Notes: generated from the letters alone by a model not told the origin. Positions 36,106 to 49,889 are shown, counted from the whole stretch's first letter. The stretch: DNA of 54,055 nt, filler included, from Jimgerdemannia flammicorona (GCA_003990765.1; 3 parts of 3 records of this genome joined end to end with filler, not necessarily neighbours in it); one strand, 5' to 3'. Numbers and translations: made by a program.

Positions 36106-36114
36106 AAAAAAAAG

Positions 36115-36169
<55 letters not shown>

Positions 36170-36649
36170 AAAGCTCTTCCAAAGGCAAAGTTTGACTTAT
36201 ATATATAAGGAATAAGACTTATAAGTAATCTTATACTAATAGAAACTATATATCAGCAAGTGGCAAAATAATAATAATAATATGTGAAGTACTAAAAGCC
36301 TTCCATTATATTTTATATACATCCATCAATATTGCTTACATTTCTTCATTTGTAAATAGATCTGAATTTATATTATGGGTGATTTTTATTAATATTGCTC
36401 AGGATTTCCATTTTTCATTTCTCTATTTATTTATTTTTATACTTATAAGTAGAGAATTTGGATATTTTTTTAGTTATCTAGATAGTATCCTATTGGTCAT
36501 AATTTTTTCAGTTCTTTATTCATATATTTTGAGATATATCTCATTGAGCAGAAGTATTGAAATTTAAAATATCTTAGTTATAGTAAATTAATATATAGTA
36601 GTATAGCCTGACTATATTATCACTATCTCTTTGTCTGTAGATAAGATCA

Positions 36650-36902
36650 TCTTTTAAAATCATTTAGCAGACAAATTAAAGTTTGAAAAAAATGATTTTT
36701 TGAAATATTGTTTTTCTGTTAAAAATATATCTCAATTTGTTTAAAAATAAAAAAAAAATTTTTGTAAAATTTTTACCAAAGGTAGAATTATTATATAAAA
36801 AATTATTAGTAAATTTTTTTTTAAAAGCTATTATGATTTTAAAAGTTATAAACTTTTAAAATCTTGCCTCTAAATATAGGTACAAAACAGTCAAAGGGAT
36901 AA
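36650..36902. mobile_element. Possible decayed DNA-transposon end (piggyBac-like)
   Basis: Ends CAGTCAAAGGG-ATAA (cf. GGG-TTAA). Subterminal palindrome GATTTTAAAAGTT/AACTTTTAAAATC. The other end is not seen. Confidence 0.25.
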
Positions 36903-37709
36903 ACATCATCAATATATGTAAAAGCACATAAGCTAGTATTAATAAATAATTACTGCTTCTTCTCTCTACTCTTTCCAAATATTCTACAATAGTAATATTA
37001 CTATTAGCCTATTTTGAAAAAGTTAAAAAGAAGCATATTAAAAATAGAAGTTATATAAGAATATTTCTATTTAAAATAAATATATATATCTTGATAATAT
37101 ATATAAGGATTTGAGTTTCTGATACCTTTATCTCTCTGTAAATTTTATAAGAATTATATAATATACTAATAGCTGATTATATGGAATTTGACAAGATATA
37201 CTAATATATTATCTGAGATTTCTACTAACTTAAGATAATAGCTGATATTAAGAATAATATTATATTCTACAATATTTTCTAAAAATATAAATCTAGTAAC
37301 TAAGCTCTAGAAGAAACACTATAGTCTCTATTAATTTCTACCTAAAATTGAGACTATATCAGAGTAGACTTTATTATTGAACTATTAAAAATAAAGAAGG
37401 AAAGAGATTTAATTATAAATATATAGTTCTCATACTACTCTGATAGTCTCAATATAACCTTATCTCACTTTATCTTACTTTAATATATTTCTTTCTGCTC
37501 ACCCTTACTCTTTTAAAAACTATCAGACTATTAACTATCTCAATCCATCTACCACTCCTCTCACATATCTCTTCTATCAGATATTGAAGGTAATCTCCTT
37601 AAGGGCTTCACCCCTTCTATTAGCCTGATAGAATATCTATCATCAATCTCTTCTATCTCACTATCTTTTTCCCCAAAACCATCCATCTTTTATCTTTAAA
37701 TATAGTCTT

Positions 37710-40700
37710 TATCAATTATCTCAGTAAGCAGACTCATTTTGTTATAATAACTACTAATTATAGCTCTAGAAATAGTATAATTATTTATTGACAATATATT
37801 CTATCTCTATAGATTATTATTAGTAATATCATTAGTACTGCTCAGTAAGTTATAAAAAGACAATAATGTTTTATTAAATTTCTAACTATAGAGAAATTCT
37901 TTGATAGTATTCAGAGTATTGTCAATATTCACCTATTATAAATTTCACACTTTATAGTCTATCAATAATGTGCTAAGTTTCAAGAATACTTTAAATTAGA
38001 ACAACTACTTAATCAGAAGTCAGACATAACTAAAGAAGAATAAATTACTAAATACTAGATCTCTTATACTCAGATTACTATTATCAAGTAAGTTTATAAG
38101 CTATATATTTAAGGATAATAATTAAGTATAACTTATAGAAGCTTGAGAGTTTAAATGAATATTCTAAATATTCAGAAGAAAGTTGTGATGGTTGATTCAA
38201 ATTAGAAATAAGAATCAGAAGATAGATATTTAATTGTAATATTTAAATCCAATTCTTAATATAGATAATATTATAGTTAGTAGTTATTTAATCTTATAGA
38301 TGTAAGAATTATATAATTATAAGAATCTTATACTTATAAAAAGCTCATAATTGTAAGAATCCTATAGATATAAGAATCTTATAGTTGTAAAAAGTAACTT
38401 ATAGAAAAAGAAGTCCTAACTTAGCTATCTTATAATTAGCTCTCTCTCTAGTAACATTCAGGTTATACAATCTTTAGGCAGTACTTACAACATCATTTTT
38501 GGAGAAAAGAGACTAGCAATATGACAACTAACAGACTTTCTGAGATATATACTGAGCAGGATGGCCCTAGCATATTCAACTAGCAGCATATGAGAAGGGG
38601 CCCTGGCTTAGGGGAAAGCATGAGAGGTCTACTAGTGAGAAGATAGAGAAGGAGAGAGAGCAGAGTTGGTGGACAGAGGACTGAGAGGGCAAGCTTTGCA
38701 GATATGATAAAGAGGAGACAGCCAGCATCAGGACTGGAGGGCTGGCTGAGGAGGGGCAAAGAGACAATAAAGACTGCAGGGTGTGGGGGAGCAGCCCTTG
38801 GTGGTAGAGGTAGTGAAGCTAGGGATATAGGGGCTGGAGTGAGTATAATGACTAATGACAATAAGACTGCCAATCTGGAAAAAAATCCAGATATGACTGC
38901 TGATAATAGGGCTGAGAGGATGGGGCTTAGATAGATAAAGGACCTGGCAGATGGTGTAATGGACCTAGTGGTGGCCCCATTACTCAAGAAGTTGATCTTA
39001 GAGTTTATAGTTACTTTGTACTTCTGAGGCTTAGTAGTGATGGTGTAAATGGTACTAGGGCTGATTGCTAAGCAGGTGGCTGAAACAGTATCTGTGAAGT
39101 TCCTGAAGAGACTGGAAGGAGTGGAGGTAGACTTTGAGGAGACTGGGCTATTGGAGGAAGTACTGAAGGCTGGACTGACTATTGGGGAGGTGTGTATTCC
39201 AATAGCATACTGCTTGAAGTGAAATTCCAGAGTAGTACAGCTACTGGTAAAAGGGGTATCTATGGTGACCATTATGGAGATAAAGAGAAGAGTCAAGGAA
39301 GTCATGGCCAAGTATAGAGAGGTGATTGATATTGGGTTCTAGGTCTGAGAGAGGACCTCATTTCAAACTGGGGATATTGATATTAGAATTTGGTTAGCAG
39401 GAAAGAAAGCTACCAGAAAGGCTAGAAACTGACCTTCAATGATGGTTTGGGGGGCTTTCTTGTGCAAGATAATAAGGGTGAAGGGGAGTGAAGAGGAGGA
39501 AGATAATTTGTTGGAGGTATTAGAGGAGCTGAGTGGTGTAGTAGAGCAGAGAGTGAAGGCTTAGAGAGCATATATAGAGTTGACACATTTGGAGATAGTG
39601 GATGGGAAAAGAATATATATAGATAAGGGGCTGGGGGAAAGGTCCCAAGGATACAAGAGGCAGAGAGAGCTGCTGGTGAATCTAAAGAGTAGAGAGAAGA
39701 AGAATACTGGTGGAATTGAAGTTATGAGAAGAACCAAAGTGAGTGTCTGAGCTAGCAAAGATGACAGGAATGTAGAGAAGGGGTCAGAAGTAGACAAGGA
39801 GGTGACTGGTAATAACCTATATATAGATGGTATATTTGAGGTCTAAGAAGACTTCCCATCTCCTACTCCTCTTATTAGATGAGGTCTAGCTTCAAGAGAC
39901 AGGGTGGTAGAGGATGTGCCTATATAGGGAGCCCAGTGAGTATACTTTGGAGTTTCTGAGGTAGCAAAGGGGGAGCAGATAGTGGCAGCTGGTGAGGATG
40001 AACTGGTGGATGTCCAAGAGAAGGAGTGAGATGAGGCTGTGAGTACAGAAGCTGATACTATAATACTGGATAGAGGAAGGCCAGTGACTTCAGGGGGGAA
40101 GAAGTTGGGAAACCTACTATAGATATGTAGGATGATGAACAACTTTGCAGTGGAGAAGTTGAGAGAGATAGACCTGTGAGTGATGAGTGAAGAGCATTGG
40201 GTGCAGATCCTATATAGCAATAGAGTAGTGGAGGTACTGAAGGCAGAGGTTCTGGTAGTTTTCCTAGAGGAGAAAGGGTATGAGATTGATAAGAAGAGGA
40301 AGACCAAGCTAGTAGTTGCTATTGGGGAGCAGACTGCCTTCTGTTGGGCAAAGCATCATGGGTTGCAGCTCTGATGGGAGGTCTGTCTAGAGTATTGTGA
40401 GGATTTCAAGAAGAAGAAGGATGGGGAGCTTGTGGAACTACTGGTTGAATTGGAGACTAAGAGGATTGGAGAGGAGGTGGTGGCTGCTGAATACAATCTA
40501 GACTTAGCTCAGGAGGAGATATGTAAACATGGAGCAGTAGAGGATGTACTTACCATTTAATAATATTCCTTATGAATAGTATACTCAACATTTTTTCTTT
40601 GAATGTGAATAGGTTATGGGGTTCTTTTTGACATTGGAACATTTTTGCTTGGCTGAAGGAATTGAAGGCCAATCTCTTTCTTTTGCAGGATATCAGATAT

Positions 40701-43700
40701 AAGAATTATTTGAATAAACTAGAATAGACTAAGAAATGGAGAGGTGAGGCAGTTTGGATGGGTAAGATTGGGATTCTGGTCTAGAGAGACAGAGGGGAGA
40801 TATGTATGAGATATGAGAAGCTGAGGAGACAAGCTGGTTTGGGGAGAGTGGATTTGTACAGGCTGGGAGCCAGTTATAGTAGAATTCTGCTACTACTCTA
40901 TTGTGTAAGGTGAGCATATAGATTGGGTGAAGGGTCTTTAGGAGAGAGGAGCCCTTACAGAGACTGGAGTGGATATACTTGGCAGGGACTTTAATATGGT
41001 CAGAGATGTGCTGATGGATAGAACTGATGGAGAGCAGGGGGCTGAGGGTAGGAGTGGAGGTCTGGTGGCATGGGAGGAGATGGAGAGGCTGAGTGCTTTG
41101 ATAGATACTAGCAGGGGGTTCTGGGGGGATAGGTGGATATACATGTACTGAGCAAGTGGTCTGGGGACAAGGATTGACTGGATTTTAATGGCAGATTGCT
41201 GAGGCTTGGATGTTTGGAGGTTACTGGAGATGAAATGGTATCTATGGTCTGATCATTGTGGATTACTAGGACAGGGTCATTTTGGGGAGAGTGAGGATGG
41301 ACCTGGACATTGGTACCTCAACTCCTCTTTGTTAGATAATAAAATGTTGTAGGACAGATAGGCTGAGGACATTTGGTAGAGAGTGGAGGAGTGGATACAG
41401 GAGGGTGCCCTAGTTGGAGTTCAGTAGATGAGATTAAAAGAGACTGCTAGGGTCTATTGGAGAGAGGCTGGTAAGGTGGCAGGTAGATAGAGGAGGAAGA
41501 GGATGATATGGGCTTCTACTAGACTGACAAGGCTTCTGGAAGATTGGGCAGGACTGTTGGCCCTAGAGAGAGGGAAGGATTGGAGATTGTTAAGGGTGAA
41601 AAAGGAGGTTGTAGAGTTACAACAGGTGCTGTGGGAGGAAGAGAAAGTATAGGTGTAGAGTTTAGCAGTATAACTATATTAACAGGGGCTGAAGGAAGGA
41701 GAGAGGCCCTCTAAGTTTCTCATGAGGGCCCTTTAGGCAAGGAGAGTTCAGCAGAGGTAGGAGGAGGTTCTTGATTCTAAGGAACTATTGGTATATAGTA
41801 TATAAGACATTCTCAGATTATTAAAGAAGAGGTGGAGCAGTTTGTGGAGTGAGAAGGAGGGTGGAACTGATGTTACTGACATTGATTATACTTTGGAGGA
41901 TTGGCACTCACTATGGGTAGAAGAGTTAGGTGGCCTGGTGTTGTTAATATAGGAGAAAGAGATTCATCAGATTCTTGTTGTAACTATGCTGAGCATGGTA
42001 TCAGGAGAGGACAGCCTACTCTGGGATTTTTGAAAGAAGATGGTGGATGTCTCCAGTATACTAGGAGAGATGATGGTACTTTGTAATTTGGTATTACAGT
42101 CTGAGAGATAGATAGGTAAGCAGAATCTGAGACTGGTAGTGCTGCTTTATAAGAACAAGGGCAGGAGAGAGGACTGGAAGAACTAGAGACCAATTATACT
42201 ACTGGATATATACTGAAAGTTGGTCACTAAGGTAGTGATAGCAAGACTGCAGAAGGTGGCCCAACAAGTCTTGGAGAAGGAGCAGTAGAACTTTATAGGG
42301 AGCAGGCTCATTAGAGATAGCATGGCTTGGATATATGATATTATTGAAGAGACATGAGCCTGTGGACTGGATGGGTGCCTGGTCTTTCTGGATCAGAAAA
42401 ATGCATATAACTGTATTTAGTGAGTTTGGATGGCAAAGGTACTAGATCAGATTGACATCTCTCAGCAGTTCTGAGTAGCAATGGTCAGCTTACTGAAAGA
42501 GAGTAGGACTGTACTCATATGTAATATATATTATGGGGTGGCTTTCCCTCTAGGTAGGGGTGTTCCCCAGGGGGACTTGCTGTCCCCCATTCTGTATGCA
42601 CTCTCCTTAGAGCCTTTGATAGATAGGATTTAGCAGAGGATAGTAGGGCTTTTAGTATTTAGTATTGGGTGAAAAGTCAGTGCCTTTGCAAATAATATAG
42701 TGGTTGACCTGAGTTTGGTTACTGATGTTGAGGAACTCAAGGAGATTATGGAGTAATATGAGGTATACTCTGGGGTTAAGCTCAATTGGCATAAGTATGA
42801 AACAATGATATTGGGTAATAGTCTGATGGGAGGGGGATGTTGTTGGAATAATTATCCCTATAGGGGAGGCAGTGAGGTACTTGGGCATCTATCTCTCAGT
42901 ATATGGGTTAGTCCTACCAAGACTCTGGTGAGAGTAGTGGGTTGTAATCTGGGGGGAGGTCCTATAGAGTTAGAAAGGCTGCCACTTATTACTGACAGAG
43001 TATGTTTCCATTTTGAATATTTATTGGCTACCAAAGTTGTAGTATTTGGCTTATCATCTGAACTTTCTAGCCTAGGTAGTGAAGAGATTATTGAAACTGA
43101 CCAAACAGTGGATCTGGACTAAGAGAAGAAGTCAGATTAGCTAGAAAATCTTATCTTTGCTAGTAGCCAGAGGGGGACTTAGGCTGGTTGACTTTCCAAA
43201 GAGATTGTACTGCCTGAGAGCATGGTGACCAAAGAGAGCTATATAGCTGAGAGGCAGTAGCTGAGTTCTTCTAATATTAAAGGTCTGAGAGATGAGGTCT
43301 TTACCAAGAGACTCTACAGGAGATCTACTATTCTTAGTTAGGCTTCAGAACAATAAGTGTATGCAGTTTAAGGGCTTCTGGTGGGAAGTCACAGATGGGG
43401 TATACTATATTGAGATTCATTAGTAGAGAGATGAAGGAGAGCTGCCTTAGGGCCCAGCAATGTGGTGATGAGACTGAGTATTGCTGAGGGGCATCCCCTT
43501 AGATGACCTCAATATTGGTGATGAGATTGAGTACCAGAGGGAGTTAGGGCAGGATTTGTGGCCCTATAGATAGCAGTTGGTAGGTATCAGAGAAGAGTGA
43601 AACTGGAGTAGGGTCTGGGCCTAGAGTGTTGGGGTTAGATGATAGCTACATATAACCAAAGTATTGAGTGGTCTGGTAGCATATATTAAGGAGGAATATT

Positions 43701-44293
43701 ATACTCAACTTTTGCTTAAGCCACCTTATAAAAGGGGGAAACTTTGACTATAAGGAGTGCTATAATGTTAGACAGGAAGGGGGCTTTGTGTAGATGCTAG
43801 AACATTGGCTAGGAGAGTGTAAGATACTTAGTGACTTCTAGATAGTAATTAGGAAATAATTGGGTATTATATATAGGAGGGATGGTGTGAGGGATAGGTG
43901 GGAGGATTTGTAGGATAGATTGGTAGAGGGGGTTGGGAATGAGTGGCTTACTTTAGATTAGATACTGGCTATTTGAGTGGGGTTGACAGAATACTGGTTG
44001 TTTGTTTTTGAGGAAGAGAGATATCTAAGCTTAGAGGTATAGTTGCTAAGATGGAAAGGGTTGGTAGAGGATACTCTGCTTGGCTGGTAGCTTGGTTGGG
44101 GTCTGCAGAATGGTCAGTAGCATTGCTTGGTAGAGAAAATCTGTAGGCAGAGTGGAGGGAGAGTTGGAGTAATATGTAGGTGATAAAGTGATTTTTAAGT
44201 ATAAAAGAGTAGAGGAAGATTCCCCTATGGGTGGGAGGAGATAATGTAATTATATCTTTAGATTGGTAATAAATGGCAGAGTCCACATAACTA

Positions 44294-44344
<51 letters not shown>

Positions 44345-44553
44345 AGCAAACTTATATAAATATCTCTAGTATCTAGAGTAAATAAATCTCAGATTCAAAG
44401 TAAAGAAATAAGAGAACTAGTAAGCCTGCTAGTAGATACACTTCAAACTCATCTACTATGCATCTCTGAGGACTCTGAAGAGTTAAAGAAGATCAAGTAT
44501 TCAAGATAAAGAAATCTACTATATTTCTAAAGTTAAGTATCTACTATATTATA
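37710..44553 (+). mobile_element. Decayed gypsy 3' end (integrase remnant, PPT, LTR 38184-38440 + 44341-44553), split by LINE D
   Basis: LSKQTHFV...LFIDNIF integrase-like remnant. GAAGCTTGAGAGTTTAAATGA matches the ORF end at ~18208. The LTR 3' half is homologous to 18490-18718. Confidence 0.75.
38441..44340 (+). mobile_element. Full-length LINE copy D with poly(A) and TSD AATTAGC
   Basis: AATTAGC at 38434-38440 and 44341-44347. ORF1 38521-40540, ORF2 from 40572. Poly(A) at 44300-44340. Confidence 0.92.
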
Positions 44554-45619
44554 ATATCTAAAAATTTATCTAATAATTTTTAATATAAGTTATTATAATA
44601 TAATAAATACTATATTACTTATTAACTATAAAAAAAAAAAAAATTGTGTGAGCATATTTCTAGTATAAGATATATGAGACTTCTGTTAATAGGAAATATT
44701 ATAATAAGGTTATTTAGAGATCACTTAGTTTAACGATATATCTGCAGATATAGTAAAAGAATTGCAGTTAGATATGTTAAATTATTCAAGTATAGCTTGA
44801 ATATATCAAGGTTGAGATTGTATGCTTACAGTGATAACTATTTGTATTTGCATTTTTATTGATATTGCTTTTACGCGTAACTGATTTCTAGTGATGTAGC
44901 CATTGATAACGTCTACACAAGCCACAAATAAATGACGTATAACATATCGAGTTGTAAATCCCAACACATACTACTTATTAAGAAAATTTTGTTCACAGTT
45001 CATCGAGCTTCTCTATATCGAGCGCGCAAAAAACACCTGCAACAGCTCGCGACTTTCTCTTTATTGTATGTATACCCCTAGATTTGTTTACGATCACGTG
45101 GTAAGCGTTCGGGGGGTGATCCGAGCTCATTGAGCGTGCCAATCGATTTCCTGTCTGGTGCGACTGAGAAGTGATAGACGCCAGCCAAGTTGTTAGCTTA
45201 GCCAAGCCAGCATCTAACATTACTCTCGGCCTCTAACAAACGTGCTCTACCGCCTCCCTCTTGGAGCAATCTGTGGTAAAAACCACATGACCGGCGCGCC
45301 ATTTAGGGGATTCGCACAAATCGCGTCATTGCACTTGAACATACTATTTGAGGTCGAGGCGATTAAAAAGTGACTTGAGAGTATTATAACACCAATAACT
45401 AAGTACCCTTTTAATTACGAATCCTTCATTTATTGGCAAATACCCATCAAAATCTTGCACAACCCCAACAAAAGGGTATAGAAAAAAAAAAAAAAAAAAC
45501 TACAGCAGTGTTTGTGGACAGACGTAACGTCCCGGGCATTGGGAGGCGCCACTGACGGGGAACGCGCTACGCCTCATCCCTTCTACTTTTGCCGGAACTA
45601 ATACACTCGACACTCAAAA

Positions 45620-46699
45620 CTAACGTAAAATAAAATAAAATAAAAAAATAAATAATATAAATAAAAAAATAAATAATATAAATAAATAAATAATAATAAT
45701 TGGAGAGACTGATTCCTGCTCGTCCACATTCAGAAGGAGATAAATCCTAAGCCTTAGCAACGTCGTTTGAAAATATTTCTTAACACGAACCACGGTCACC
45801 ATGGCTGCCAACCACAACCTTTTCGCGTACCCCTCACACGTTCCATCTTCGAGTTTCTGCAATATCGCATTCTCGTCGACATCCGGATAATTAGCCAAGT
45901 ACTCACGTAAGCGGCGCAAGGCGCGAATAGCAGGTTCGCTGGGATTGGAAGCTGTTTTCTTGAGATCGCGAACGAACAAGTCGATGAGGTCCACCAAGCC
46001 GAGCCAGTAGTCACTAAAGAGGACGAGCTCGTCGACCAGTAGGTGTAGATTGCTCGTGATATTGCCAACGGTTCGGATTGCGCTGTCGTAGTCCACGTTT
46101 ACGATATTGATAACTCCAGCCAGGTGCCCGTTGATGCCTGCACCGATTCCGGTCCCAATGGAAACGGCGGAGCTGATGGCGAATACAGCCATAGACAGGC
46201 CCAAAGTGAAGGGGGCGGCGATAAGGGAACCGGCCGCGACGCCGGCGAAGGTGCCGGCAGCGATGGACGTACTCTTGTGGACCTCACTGTGGTGGTTCTT
46301 AGTGTCGATGTCTCTCTTGAGCGCGTCAGCTTTGTGACGGAAATCAGTCTTGATATCATTGAGCTCGGCAAATAATGACGTGAAGTGGTCGTTCGACCAT
46401 TTGAGTTTCAGTTCACCCACCAGCTGACGTCCTTGTGCGACGATGCCATCGAGAACATGAAGGTGTTTATGGATGGGATCCCCTGGCTGGAATGATCTCA
46501 TATTTTCGACAACATTTTTGGCGTAGCCTGCGGAGCGATTTGCAAGTGCGTCCGCTTCCGATGGCAATTGAAAGAGACGGGACAAGACGGGGTGGTGATT
46601 GATATGAGTGTTGTTGTAAAATGAGTTGAGTTCGTTACAGCTATTGTGGATAGCAGTGCGGGCAACCCTGATCTTTGCGACATCAACGTTAGGTGTCAT
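45620..46699 (-). CDS. Host protein with helical regions flanking a Gly/Ala hydrophobic hairpin; ApoL/ClyA-HBL-like candidate pore-forming protein
   Basis: Uninterrupted, CpG-rich ORF. Likely start is TTCACCATG at 46699 (upstream ATG at 46777 possible). Hairpin AAGTFAGVAAGSLIAAPFTLGLSMAVFAISSAVSIGTGIGAGI. The true C-terminus is uncertain and the family call is inference. Confidence 0.75.
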   Translation of the reverse strand: MTPNVDVAKIRVARTAIHNSCNELNSFYNNTHINHHPVLSRLFQLPSEADALANRSAGYAKNVVENMRSFQPGDPIHKHLHVLDGIVAQGRQLVGELKLKWSNDHFTSLFAELNDIKTDFRHKADALKRDIDTKNHHSEVHKSTSIAAGTFAGVAAGSLIAAPFTLGLSMAVFAISSAVSIGTGIGAGINGHLAGVINIVNVDYDSAIRTVGNITSNLHLLVDELVLFSDYWLGLVDLIDLFVRDLKKTASNPSEPAIRALRRLREYLANYPDVDENAILQKLEDGTCEGYAKRLWLAAMVTVVRVKKYFQTTLLRLRIYLLLNVDEQESVSPIIIIYLFILFIFLFILFIFLFYFILR

Positions 46700-46849
46700 G
46701 GTGAAAGTGAAAGGAGGAAGGAAGGAGGGGTCGGTAATAACCGGAAAAGTTAGAGATAACAATAAAGATTTCATCATGTGATAACAAACAAAGGGACCCC
46801 ATCATGCTGGTTCATTCTCCCTCCGTCAGAATTTCGACCACCTAGGAGC

Positions 46850-46936
46850 TAGCAGCCGCACGCACGGTTCCATTGGCTAGCAGCCGTCACGGTTCCATTG
46901 GCTAGCGGCCGTTAGGTTCCATTGGCTAGCAGCCGT
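46850..46936 (-). promoter_or_regulatory. Three tandem 24-25-bp units each with a CCAAT box
   Basis: GGTTCCATTGGCTAGC(A/G)GCCGT x3. On the gene strand this reads AGCCAATGG, 170-230 bp upstream of the ATG. Confidence 0.65.
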
Positions 46937-47141
46937 GACCGAGTTGTGGACGTCGTCTTATTCCGCGGCGTGCTCGGCATCCGGAAAAGGCTGCCACTCT
47001 ATTCTGCATAAATAAATTTGAGCCAAATCTATATCTTATCAGATCTATAAAGATGAATGTATATATTTTACATTATATTATATACCCAAATTTATATATC
47101 CCTTAGATCATTTTACAAGTTAATTAAAAAAAAAAATTCTG

Positions 47142-47191
<50 letters not shown>
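47142..47191. repeat. (AAT)n(ATT)n inverted microsatellite
   Basis: Seen directly. Confidence 0.85.
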
Positions 47192-47949
47192 TTAATAAAA
47201 AATGAAAAATGAAATTTTATTAAATAACTTAAATAAATAAATAAAATCAGTTTGCAGTTACTAGTTTATATCTATAACTGTTTGAGTTTATATTATAGTT
47301 ATTTAATTTATATAACTGTGTTTTCTATCTCTTTAAGTTTATATATATCCTAATCAGAAGTTTATACAATATATTAAAAATAAAAATTATTTATATTTAA
47401 GTTTATTTTACTATTTTTTACTCTTAAATAGTTTATAAATAAAACCCTCTTAATTTATTTTAAAAATATATAATTTAATATCTATAATAAATATTATAAA
47501 TTTTATCAATATCTAGTCTATATAATACTATTTTATATATTTATATTTATCTTTAATATATATATATATTAACTATTTTATAATAAACTCACAGTCTTTA
47601 TATTATAATAGTAGCTCCAACCTACTCTACTATACCTCATCTCACTTTAATATACATTCTCTCTCCTACTCTTACTTTATCAAAAATAATTATATTATTA
47701 ACTATTACAATCTACCCTCTACTCTTCTAATAGATTTCTTTCACTAGGTACTAATAGTGATCACTCTGAGAGTTCTACTCTTGTTATCAGTCAGATAGAA
47801 TATCTACCATCAGCTCTTTTTATCTTGTCATCTTTTTTCCTAAGGTTATTTATTTTCTATTCTCAAAAATATATATATGGCTAACATTTAGCCAGTCCTA
47901 TCTATACTACTAATTTATACTTTACAGTGAGTTACTTATTATTGACTAT

Positions 47950-48240
47950 CCTCCAGTCTTCAGTATATCAGTAAAGCTCCTCTCTCTCTGCCCTCCCACC
48001 CCTCCTCCAGTATTACTACTACTGCCTAAACTGCTCTGGTCACTCAGACCACTAAAAGACCCCATCTCTAGTCTATACTCTTGTCCAATATATTGTTAGT
48101 CAAAGGCTCTAGGTCCACCTGACCTAGTATACATGTCAGCTTGTTTGTTAGTTACCATGACCTTAGTATCTTTCTCCAATAACCAGTTCAAAAGTGTGTT
48201 TTGAAGTTTGTGTTATATGAATGATAGTGGAGAAAGATGA
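47950..48240 (-). mobile_element. LINE 5'-end fragment
   Basis: Reverse strand begins CATCTTTCTC and continues into an ORF1-like start (ATGGTAACTAACAAA...GGTGGACCTAGAGCCTTTG). Confidence 0.7.
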
Positions 48241-49889
48241 ACCTTATCAATTAAGATCAAAAATATATATAATAAACTCATAGTATAATAAAATGAGAAA
48301 CTACACTAAACTAAATAATAACAACTATAAATATATATATCCAGATATGATCACTGAAGTCTACAACTATATCTATGCTAATATTTAGAATATTATTATC
48401 AATCAGACCACAGTATCTCTATTCTTTATAAATATCTATAGCTTGACACCCCTCTACTTTGTGGAAGCCTAATAGAATACCTTGAATATACTCAGTAAAG
48501 CCTACTGAATCAGACAAATCTCAAACTACTATTAAATCAGCTGACTTCTAGAAGATATAGTTAACTACTACTATAATACAGATATTACTGAGATCTTATA
48601 ATATTAGAAACTCATTGCTTACAAATATTGAGAACTCTTCTATAAGTATAGTACCTTTATTTTCTATCTCCAAGTTACTACTACTAAAATGATTGCTACT
48701 CTAATCTATAGCCAAATTGATGATATAGTATAAGAACTTAACCAGAAATATATTGAGTATATCTAAAATACAGACAGACTCTTCTCACATCTAGATGATT
48801 ATATCTTACAAATATCTCAAGTAAGATATACTATGAAGGATATCTATAATATAATCCAGTTCAATAATGATAAAGCAGAAGACAATAACCCCTTTGATAC
48901 TAAGATAACTTCTAGCCAAGAATCTCTGCCAACTCTGATTACCCCACTAACCTTACTGATGAACTTATAATAGTTTATAATTATCTATGAGATCTATTGA
49001 GATAATGACTACTTATATAAGTACTAATCTATATTTATGTCTGACTACTTCAACTATAATAAAGAAATAGAAAAATACAATCTGTACCGCTAGACAACCC
49101 TCAAGATAGAATCAATAACTTTACCTTCTGAGTATGAGTAATATAAATAACCACTACAAGCTTACTACAACTCTGCAATATACAGTATCATAACCTACTA
49201 AAGATATACTGATAGTGAATCTGATGAAAGTGAAGATGATATATCTCTTTTCTATCTACTAATACTATATCCAGCATATGAAATAGATAATATCATTCTA
49301 TAAGATGATAACTTTATTCCAATATACTACTATCTGAATAAATAAAGAGATATAATCCAAGAACTACTCTTTCTAAATAACTACTTTATCAGAGATGATA
49401 TAATCAATAGTAACCTTATTAAAGAATATCCAGATATGTAGTATCTAATCTATAAATAGCTTAACAGTTATTAGTATAGTTAGATTAGTCTTATACTATA
49501 TATATAACTATATTCTAACTCATTAAGTACAAAAGTACTATATCTATATTTAGTCTAGTCTAGATAGTCTCTCATTAATATAAATACTCTCTTCTTTAAT
49601 CTCAGAAGCTTAGACAGAAATTGAGACAAAAATCAGATAAATACTTCTCTATACAAATATCTCTTCACATACTACTATTAGTATTAGCTAAATAGTAAAT
49701 ATTATAAAGAGTAAATAAAGCTATTTAATAATTCACAAACTACTCTTAAGTAAACTCAGAAATTTCCTAATTGAGTATTATCTGTAATAATATGCTAATT
49801 CAACTAAGCTGGTCTTAGTTTCTTAAATTTCCTAAAATAAGAAAAATTCTAAATATCTAGAATATATCCAAGAAAGGACTTTGGTTGAG

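Noticed and set aside
43969..44349. ORF with poly-Phe N-terminus
   Set aside because: Antisense reading of the LINE poly(A) tail.
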